Source of the DNA: Syntrophomonadaceae bacterium | GTDB lineage: Bacteria; Bacillota; Dethiobacteria; DTU022 | Assembly: GCA_007131435.1 (NCBI GenBank) | Contig: SLQM01000085.1 | Span: 1-34,750, forward strand | DNA: 34,750 nucleotides | Reading direction: 5' to 3' | In this document: positions 28,351 through 34,750 of the stretch, one piece after another | Position numbering within the stretch: position 1 is the stretch's first letter | Layout: every line of letters begins with the position of its first letter | The notes under the pieces: model-generated | Seen by the model: only the letters and a program-made list of their open reading frames with translations | Database searches by the model: none | What the model was told of the DNA's origin: nothing | Translations under genes and position numbers: made by a program

Positions 28351-30051
28351 ATGTCCATTACTGTCAGGGATGCATTGAGCATTGGCGGACTGGTAAATGC
28401 CATTGTCCTGGCCGGCGAAGCCGGTATGGATAAAGAAATTAAGGCGGTTGATATAATTGACGTTCCCGATGCCGCCATCTGGTTCCGCAAGGATTCCCTT
28501 CTGTCAACCACTTTCTATGCTTTAAAGGATAATATTGATGCCCAGCTTAATATGTTGGAAGACATTAAAGCCTGCGGTGGAGCCGGGCTGATCATCTTCT
28601 CCCCTGAACGCTACATCTCTCACATCGATCAGCGCCTGATTAATAAGGCTGATGAACTTGGTTTGCCTCTTTTGCAGATGCCCGACTGCTCATACATAGA
28701 TGTTATTGTTCCAGTGATGAGCCAGATCCTTGATAAACAGGTCCGGGCTTTAGAATATGCTCATGAAGTGCACAGTATGATGACAGACATTGTTCTTAAA
28801 GGAAAAGGTTTGAAGGAGCTGCTTACAACCCTGACTGTTTTAATGGAAAAACCGGTCCTGATGGCAGATAGTGAACTGCTGCTAATTGATGCTGCCTCCC
28901 CACCCGGGTCAAGCGAAACCCCACCCATCCTGGAACTGTGGCAGGGAAGTGGGAAGCATCTCCCTCTGGCTGACTTCTATCCGGGCGCCTTATTAAATGA
29001 ACTGGTTCATGAAAAACAGCCAGCATATTACCAGCATGGCTCAGCAGAAGCAGATTATATTGATTTTTTCTTTCCCCTGGTTGCCGGGGAAGAATTTTAC
29101 GGCGCTTTAATAGTCCCTGACCTGGGTGAAAAACTGGAAAAAGCAAAAACTGTAGCCATGGAAGCAGGAGCAATGGCAATTTCTCTCGATATCCTAAAAA
29201 GAATAGCGATTAAGGAAGCTGAACGTAAAAATGAAATGGATTTTTACAATGAACTGCTGCTGGGCAATATTAAGAACCGGGAAACGATTATGTCCCAGGC
29301 CAGGCAATTTGGCTTTGACCCAGGCAGCAGCTATTTTGTGGTGTTAATTGAGCTGAATAAAGAAAGCATTTACTATGACAGCCTGGCTGCAAAAAAACCC
29401 GGAATAAACAGGGATAAACTAGAAAAAAGATTATTCCGCCTCCTGCACTATGCCCTGGAAAAAGAGGGCGAAGAAGGTATAGTAATAGAAGCGCTGGGAA
29501 GCATGGTTATGTTAATTCACTCTTCAATCAAAATTGAGGAAAAAGATGCTTCGGATCATGCTAAAAGGCTGGTACAAAATTTCAAGGAAACTATAGAACC
29601 GCGTATGGAGAATATACCTCTTTATATCGCTGCAGGCGAACACTGCGACAGCATTGAAAGAATTAGCGCCTGTTATCTCGAGGCCTGGGAAACACTCGAC
29701 ATTGGGAAAAAGCTTTTTCACCCGGGATTCGCCCTCACCTACTCTGAAATGGCACCGTATCACATGGTCAAGCGTTTTATCACCAGCGCTGAAACTCCCG
29801 GCCTTTACAATAAAATTTATGAACCCCTCCTGATTTATGATCGCGATAAGGGAGGCGAGCTTGTCCGTACCCTTGAAACCTATATTGAGTGCAACTTTTC
29901 CCGCACCAAAACAGCTGAAAAAATGCACCTGCACCGCAACTCCCTAAATTACAGGCTGCAAAAGATAAGCGAACTGCTTGGCAGGGACCTGGAAAACCTG
30001 AATACCTTCCCCCTCCTACTGGCTTCTATCAGCCGGAAAATCTCAACTTAA
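28351..30051 (+). CDS. PucR/CdaR-family transcriptional regulator
   Basis: The N-terminus is PucR-like (ITVRDALSIGGLVNAIVLAGEAGMDKEIKAVDIIDVPD). The C-terminus carries a PucR_C HTH (FSRTKTAEKMHLHRNSLNYRLQKISELLGRDL). A GGAGG SD precedes the ATG. Confidence 0.88.
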   Translation: MSITVRDALSIGGLVNAIVLAGEAGMDKEIKAVDIIDVPDAAIWFRKDSLLSTTFYALKDNIDAQLNMLEDIKACGGAGLIIFSPERYISHIDQRLINKADELGLPLLQMPDCSYIDVIVPVMSQILDKQVRALEYAHEVHSMMTDIVLKGKGLKELLTTLTVLMEKPVLMADSELLLIDAASPPGSSETPPILELWQGSGKHLPLADFYPGALLNELVHEKQPAYYQHGSAEADYIDFFFPLVAGEEFYGALIVPDLGEKLEKAKTVAMEAGAMAISLDILKRIAIKEAERKNEMDFYNELLLGNIKNRETIMSQARQFGFDPGSSYFVVLIELNKESIYYDSLAAKKPGINRDKLEKRLFRLLHYALEKEGEEGIVIEALGSMVMLIHSSIKIEEKDASDHAKRLVQNFKETIEPRMENIPLYIAAGEHCDSIERISACYLEAWETLDIGKKLFHPGFALTYSEMAPYHMVKRFITSAETPGLYNKIYEPLLIYDRDKGGELVRTLETYIECNFSRTKTAEKMHLHRNSLNYRLQKISELLGRDLENLNTFPLLLASISRKIST

Positions 30052-30064
30052 GGGTTTAATATAT

Positions 30065-30079
30065 TGTGCAATTTGCACA
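30065..30079. promoter_or_regulatory. 6-3-6 perfect inverted repeat TGTGCA-ATT-TGCACA (candidate operator)
   Basis: Read directly from the sequence. It lies 14 nt after the regulator stop codon, in the 236-nt leader of the permease operon, and shares the TTGCAC core with repeats at 30187 and 30247. Confidence 0.25.
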
Positions 30080-30287
30080 GTATCGCTCCATTATTTCTGC
30101 ACATCACACAAAGGTAAAACCAGATGAAAATTTAAATAGTGCTAATGTTAAATTAATTGTTTCCTTTCCCCGGCAGCTTAAACTCATTGCACGGGAGGTG
30201 ATGTTGAATAAGTATTATCAAACGGCTGCCAAGCCTAAAGCACTATTTGCACTGTAAAATATTGTATTTAGAAAGGAAGATTAACCA

Positions 30288-31910
30288 ATGGCACAACCCG
30301 GAATGTTTGTCCGCAAGGCCAGCGGCCTTGTCCGTTCCTGGTCGGTATTCGATGGCTTTGTCTACGCTTTCTTCTCTATCAACCTGGTTACCCTTGGCTT
30401 TTATATTTTCGCTTTCGCACCGTACATCCCAGAGGCAAACCTTTTAACTGCAATAGTAATAAGTTGTATATTTATTATCTTCGAAGTCTTTGTCTACGGT
30501 CTGCTGGTGGCAGTTATGCCGCGGGCTGGGGGGGATTACGTGTGGCAAAGCCGTATATTAGGCGGAGGAATTGGTTTTGTTCTATCCATAACCGGATGGG
30601 CCTGGATCCTCTGGCACTGGGTTCCCCTCTACGGGAACATGCTGGCTTTCAACGTGTTCGCCCCTATCCTTGGGATGCTGGGAGGATGGACCGGTAGCGC
30701 CGGTTTCACCAATGCTGCCAGCTGGTTTATCAGCACTAACGGCTTCTTTGTATCTTCCCTGGTCGTTATTGGCCTGGCTTTCATTTATGTCAGTCTCGGC
30801 ATGAGCTGGTATGCCCGTATCCAGAAGTTCTGTTTTTACCTCGGCATGGCCGGTATGGCGACGATGATCATTATGATGCTTGCCAATACACAGGCCGATT
30901 TCATTGCCGGTTTTAACTACTACGCCACCAACTTCTTTGCTTCAGGCAGCGGCGATGTTTACCAGCAGGTCCTGGCAGCATCGGCTGAAGGTGGCTATAC
31001 TGCCGCGCCGATTAACAGGATAGCAGTTGGCGCCAGCCTGGCCCTGATACCGATGGTGGTGTTCTTTAACCTCTGGCCTAACTGGGGAGCTACCCTATAC
31101 GGCGAAGTAAGGGGCGCTTCTGACTTCAGGCGCAATTTCTGGAGCATGGCCGCCGGCCTGATCGCTACCACCATCCTGGCCCTGATCGTTTTAGGCCTGA
31201 TAGCCCGTGTTATCGGCTGGGATTTCTACAATGCAGCCAACTTTACCTATTATGAAGGAACTTCGCCTTTCGGCGCCTACCCGTACCCGGCCCTGCTGGT
31301 AAGTTTCCTCACCGACAGCCCGCTGCTGCAGATGTGGCTGCTGATTTCGATGAGCGCCTGGTTCTTCGGCTGGTGCGGCACCGTATTTCTTTCTTCAACC
31401 AGGGTTATCTTTGCCGCTGCCTTTGACCGCATTCTGCCCGAGTGGATGGCCCGTGTTTCAACCAAGTTCCGTTCACCGGTCAATGCACTGACAGTAATGG
31501 CTGTCGGTGGAGTAATAGTCAGCGCCGGAATGCACTACACTGCAAACCTGGAAACCCTGGCCTTAAACTCTACCGTGGTCATTGCGGTTACCTATTTCGG
31601 CACAACCGTTGCAGCTACCATTCTGCCGTTTAAAGATCCCGAGCTGTATAAGGCTTCACCCATCGCCAGGCTCAAGATTTTCGGCCTGCCGCTGATCACA
31701 GTTACGGGCATCATTTTCGGCGGTTTCCTGCTTTTCCTTTTCTACATGTGGGCTACAGATGCGGTATACGGTATAAACGAACCGACATCTTACATTTACA
31801 TGGCAGTACTTTACACTATATCTATTATCATTTATGTAGCATCAAAGGCCTACAGGCGCAAACAGGGTATCAACCTGGATGAAATTCATAAGAGCATACC
31901 TGTCGAATAA
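30288..31910 (+). CDS. APC-superfamily amino acid/polyamine permease
   Basis: 540 aa with about 12-14 hydrophobic segments and a typical APC N-terminal signature (AVMPRAGGDYVWQSR). A GAAAGGAAG SD precedes the ATG. Confidence 0.9.
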   Translation: MAQPGMFVRKASGLVRSWSVFDGFVYAFFSINLVTLGFYIFAFAPYIPEANLLTAIVISCIFIIFEVFVYGLLVAVMPRAGGDYVWQSRILGGGIGFVLSITGWAWILWHWVPLYGNMLAFNVFAPILGMLGGWTGSAGFTNAASWFISTNGFFVSSLVVIGLAFIYVSLGMSWYARIQKFCFYLGMAGMATMIIMMLANTQADFIAGFNYYATNFFASGSGDVYQQVLAASAEGGYTAAPINRIAVGASLALIPMVVFFNLWPNWGATLYGEVRGASDFRRNFWSMAAGLIATTILALIVLGLIARVIGWDFYNAANFTYYEGTSPFGAYPYPALLVSFLTDSPLLQMWLLISMSAWFFGWCGTVFLSSTRVIFAAAFDRILPEWMARVSTKFRSPVNALTVMAVGGVIVSAGMHYTANLETLALNSTVVIAVTYFGTTVAATILPFKDPELYKASPIARLKIFGLPLITVTGIIFGGFLLFLFYMWATDAVYGINEPTSYIYMAVLYTISIIIYVASKAYRRKQGINLDEIHKSIPVE

Positions 31911-31939
31911 ACGGCAGGGAGGCTTCCGGAGGACTATTT

Positions 31940-32878
31940 ATGACTACCATCTTTTTTGCAACCGATGTTCACGGCTCTGAGATCTGCTGGAAGAAGTTCA
32001 TTAACGCCGGCAAGTTCTACAACGCCGATATCCTTGTCCTTGGCGGCGACATGACCGGCAAAGCCCTGGTGCCCTTTATCAAGGATGCCCAGGGAATGTA
32101 CAAGGTCAACTTCCTCGAAGAAGAGATGCTGCTCGATACCGAAGGTAAAGAGCGGATGTTTAAGAACATCTCTGACCGGGGCTACTACCCTCTTGAACTG
32201 ACCGATGATGAGTTCGATGAGCTGAATGCCGACCAGGAAAAAGTGGAAAAGCTCTTTGTTGAACACGTGCTGGCTATGGCTGAACGCTGGGTGGCTTTCG
32301 CCGAAGAAAAACTGGCCGGCACAGGTATTAAGTGCTTTGTCTGCCCAGGTAATGACGATATGTTTGAGATCGATGCAGTTTTTGAAGCATCAAAATCGAT
32401 CATTATGGCCGAGGGCAAGCTGCTGGATCTTGATGGCCACTACGAAATGCTGAGCACCGGGTGGTCAAACCCCACACCATGGGATACCCACCGCGAGTGC
32501 AGCGAAGAGGAAATAACCGCCAAGATTGAAGCAATGGCATCGCAGGTTTCCGATATTAACCGCTGTGTTTTTAGCCTGCACGCGCCGCCTTTCGGCTCCG
32601 GGCTTGACGAGGCTCCTGAGCTTGATGAAAACCTGAGACCCAAGTATGCCGGGCGTTCGTTAATACCGGTTGGCAGTACAGCTGTCCGCGATGCTATCAT
32701 GAAATACCAGCCACCCCTGGCCCTGACCGGCCATATCCATGAAGGACGGGGTATTAAACGGATGAAAAAAACTTTCGTTGTCAACCCCGGCAGTTCTTAT
32801 GAGCAAAGCACCCTGCTTGGCGCAATAATAGAGATGGATAAAAAAGGCGTGAAAAAATACGTTTTAACCTCGGGATAG
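31940..32878 (+). CDS. calcineurin-like metallophosphoesterase
   Basis: Has the ordered MPE motifs FFATDVHGS, VLGGDMTGK, CPGNDD, SLHAPP and TGHIHEG. A GGAGGA SD precedes the ATG, and the gene starts 29 nt after the permease stop. Confidence 0.85.
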   Translation: MTTIFFATDVHGSEICWKKFINAGKFYNADILVLGGDMTGKALVPFIKDAQGMYKVNFLEEEMLLDTEGKERMFKNISDRGYYPLELTDDEFDELNADQEKVEKLFVEHVLAMAERWVAFAEEKLAGTGIKCFVCPGNDDMFEIDAVFEASKSIIMAEGKLLDLDGHYEMLSTGWSNPTPWDTHRECSEEEITAKIEAMASQVSDINRCVFSLHAPPFGSGLDEAPELDENLRPKYAGRSLIPVGSTAVRDAIMKYQPPLALTGHIHEGRGIKRMKKTFVVNPGSSYEQSTLLGAIIEMDKKGVKKYVLTSG

Positions 32879-32888
32879 TTAAACAAGC

Positions 32889-32919
32889 CTCCCCTATCCC
32901 CGCAGCGGGGATAGGGGAG
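32889..32919 (+). terminator. perfect 13-14 bp GC-rich hairpin (CTCCCCTATCCCC / GGGGATAGGGGAG) without a U-tract; atypical terminator, attenuator or RNA-stability element
   Basis: Position 32889 pairs with 32919 and the pairing continues through 32901-32907, leaving a 3-5 nt loop. The hairpin begins 10 nt after the phosphoesterase stop. The downstream sequence ACCCAGGTTCATC is not T-rich. Confidence 0.35.
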
Positions 32920-33019
32920 ACCCAGGTTCATCTCTACAGGCAGCAGGGATTAATCCTGAGAGTCATTTATCTTTTAAAATGGATAAACAAGAAAGCAATC
33001 AGTTATAAGGAGGTACATC

Positions 33020-33787
33020 TTGTCTATCTACACAGGGAAAGACCCCGGCGAATTTATCGCCGAGGCAAAAAAAATAATTGAACAAAACGAGCAAAAAGGA
33101 GCGCCGCTGCGCCTGATCGGCGCCCTGGCTTTTCACCTGCACTGCCCCAGGTACAAGCATATCCATGAAAAATGGGGCCGTGTTTTTACTGATACTGATT
33201 TCGTTGCCAAAAGTGAGCACCAGCAGCTGATTATCGAGGCTTACGCCGAAATTGGTTATAAAGATGATGAAATGATCACCACCCTATACGGCAGCGACCG
33301 CCTGGTTTTTGACAACCCGGAAACGGGCATGCACTCGGATATATTCTTTGATAAGCTGGATTTCTGCCACGTGCTGGAGCTGCGTGACAGGCTTGACGTT
33401 GACGACCTGACAATCCCCCTGGCCGAGCTTTTCCTGGAAAAAATGCAGATTTACCAGATCAATGAAAAAGACATTGTCGATACCATGATGCTGCTGGCCG
33501 AGCATCCGATCGGTGAAATAGATGAAGAAACTATCAATGCTCCTGTCATTGCCAGAGTATTGGCCGGAGAATGGGGATTCTGGCGCACTGTTACAGGCAA
33601 TATGGATAAACTGCTGGAGCTGAACAGCAATACTGATCTATTTGACGAAGAGGAAAAAGCGCTTATCGAAAAAAGAGTTGAAGAAATTCGCGGATATATT
33701 GACCGTGAACCGAAACCGCTGGCCTGGAAAATGCGCAGCAAAGTCGGTGACAAGGTCAAATGGTACAAGGAAGTTGACGAACTATAA
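33020..33787 (+). CDS. hypothetical protein, possibly a minimal Pol-beta-fold nucleotidyltransferase
   Basis: The ORF is 255 aa and starts at a TTG preceded by a perfect AAGGAGG SD (33007-33013) with 6-nt spacing. The pattern LRLIGALAF ... RVFTDTDFVA ... SDIFFD resembles the G-[SA] ... D-x-D ... D arrangement of small nucleotidyltransferases. The coding call is solid but the function is weak. Confidence 0.7.
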   Translation: MSIYTGKDPGEFIAEAKKIIEQNEQKGAPLRLIGALAFHLHCPRYKHIHEKWGRVFTDTDFVAKSEHQQLIIEAYAEIGYKDDEMITTLYGSDRLVFDNPETGMHSDIFFDKLDFCHVLELRDRLDVDDLTIPLAELFLEKMQIYQINEKDIVDTMMLLAEHPIGEIDEETINAPVIARVLAGEWGFWRTVTGNMDKLLELNSNTDLFDEEEKALIEKRVEEIRGYIDREPKPLAWKMRSKVGDKVKWYKEVDEL

Positions 33788-33805
33788 GTCTAATAGAAGC
33801 GAGGA

Positions 33806-34249
33806 ATGCCCATGTACTACTTAAGAGGCGAGTTTGATTTATGTACGGGATGCGGAAGCTGCCAGCTGGCCTGCTCGAACAGGGCTGCCGGCGGTTATAA
33901 CCATCGCCTGGCACGGCTGAAGGTTTTTATCGAAAACGAAAACCTGGTTAACAGGCCCCTGGTATGCACCCAGTGCGAAAACCCCTTTTGCATGAACTCC
34001 TGCCCCTTTGAAGCTATCAGCCAGGTCAAGGAAACAGGCCTTGTTCTGGTTGACAAGGAAAAATGTACTGGCTGTGGCAACTGTGTGGCAGCCTGCCCGG
34101 ACGGGATGATCAAGCTTGACAACAGCAAGAAAGCCGATAAATGCGATATGTGCGAGGGGCTTCCTGAACCTCTATGTGTTAAATATTGCGTGCCAAAAGC
34201 GCTGAAGATGGTGTTGAAAAAGGAAACCGGGGAGGTGGCTGCCGGATGA
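33806..34249 (+). CDS. 4Fe-4S multi-cluster ferredoxin-like electron-transfer subunit (AorA-like)
   Basis: 147 aa with four Cys clusters: CTGCGSCQLAC, CTQCENPFCMNSCP, CTGCGNCVAACP and CDMCEG...CVKYC. Its stop overlaps the start of the AOR gene (ATGA). Confidence 0.9.
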   Translation: MPMYYLRGEFDLCTGCGSCQLACSNRAAGGYNHRLARLKVFIENENLVNRPLVCTQCENPFCMNSCPFEAISQVKETGLVLVDKEKCTGCGNCVAACPDGMIKLDNSKKADKCDMCEGLPEPLCVKYCVPKALKMVLKKETGEVAAG

Positions 34250-34750
34250 ACGCATACATGGGTAAACTGCTTTATGTTGATTTAACCAGTGGAGATGTAA
34301 CAGATATCCCCCTTGATCCCCAGCTTGCAGAGAACTACGTGGGAGGCAAAGGGTTTGGGGCAAAAATTCTTTACGACCTGCTTCCTGCCAATTGCGATCC
34401 ACTTTCTCCCCAGAACATCCTGATGTTCATACCCGGGCCTTTAACCGGCACGCTGGCCCCGGCAATGCGCGGATGCGTGGTAACTAAATCACCGCTAACC
34501 GGCACCTTTGCCGATTCCTACTTTGGCGGTCATTTTGCCCAGGAAATTCGTTTCTGCGGCTACGATGGCATCATCATCACCGGGGCCGCCCCTGAGCCGA
34601 GCTACCTTTGGATTGGTGACAGTAAGGTTGAAATCCGGTCAGCGGCCGGCATCTGGGGCCTTGACACCTTCAGCACGGTGGAAAAAATTCGGGCCGAACT
34701 TGGAGATGAAACTGTTAAAACAGCCTGTATCGGGCCTGCCGGTGAAAAAA
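34246..34750 (+). CDS. aor: tungsten-type aldehyde:ferredoxin oxidoreductase, N-terminal ~168 aa (truncated by the window end)
   Basis: I translated frame 1 from the ATG at 34246. It reads MNAYMGKLLYVDLTSGDV...YVGGKGFGAKILYD...PGPLTGT.AP...VVTKSPLTG...DSYFGGHFA.E.RF.GYDGIIITG, the canonical AOR N-terminal domain. Confidence 0.92.
   Translation, partial: MNAYMGKLLYVDLTSGDVTDIPLDPQLAENYVGGKGFGAKILYDLLPANCDPLSPQNILMFIPGPLTGTLAPAMRGCVVTKSPLTGTFADSYFGGHFAQEIRFCGYDGIIITGAAPEPSYLWIGDSKVEIRSAAGIWGLDTFSTVEKIRAELGDETVKTACIGPAGEK

Noticed and set aside
30066-30257. 63-aa ORF spanning most of the regulator-permease intergenic region
   Set aside because: There is no SD at its annotated start, and the composition looks non-coding. 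Only its last 17-18 codons, which are preceded by a strong SD-like element, are retained as a speculative mini-ORF in the findings.
31934-32266. 110-aa minus-strand ORF overlapping the start of the metallophosphoesterase gene
   Set aside because: It is antisense to a CDS that carries all canonical MPE motifs, and it has no SD or recognisable motif.
32947-32956. Perfect 10-bp palindrome GGATTAATCC upstream of the 255-aa gene
   Set aside because: Roughly 35000/4^5, or a few dozen, perfect 10-bp palindromes are expected by chance in a window this size, and nothing else supports this one.

Overview
The window reads as a chromosomal, mostly housekeeping and catabolic stretch from an anaerobic bacterium that uses strong GGAGG-type Shine-Dalgarno sites. 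From left to right it contains five blocks. (1) The tetrahydrofolate-dependent end of a histidine-utilisation operon on the minus strand: partial formimidoyltransferase, cyclodeaminase, hutI, hutU. (2) A plus-strand run of a queG-like Fe-S reductase, an M20 hydrolase, a DapA-family aldolase and a UbiA-family prenyltransferase. (3) A visibly AT-richer signalling and membrane block: a ~1000-aa receiver/PEP-pyruvate-binding fusion protein, gdhA, a histidine kinase with an NtrC-type regulator whose AAA+ core is degenerate, and a CTP-transferase/polyprenol-kinase-like membrane protein. (4) A complete recC-recB-recD operon followed 18 nt later by pgi. (5) A PucR-family regulator followed by an APC permease, a metallophosphoesterase, an uncharacterised 255-aa protein, and the ferredoxin-like and catalytic subunits of a tungsten-type aldehyde:ferredoxin oxidoreductase, which is cut by the window end. 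I recognised no rRNA, tRNA, CRISPR array, transposase or integrase, and no obvious defence island. I did not find a clear-cut new multi-gene system. The most unusual items are the degenerate sigma-54-activator-like response regulator, the receiver/PPDK_N fusion protein, and the PucR-controlled permease/phosphoesterase/unknown/AOR cluster with its motif-rich 236-nt leader region. All functional calls rest on motif recognition in the supplied translations, because no database search was possible.
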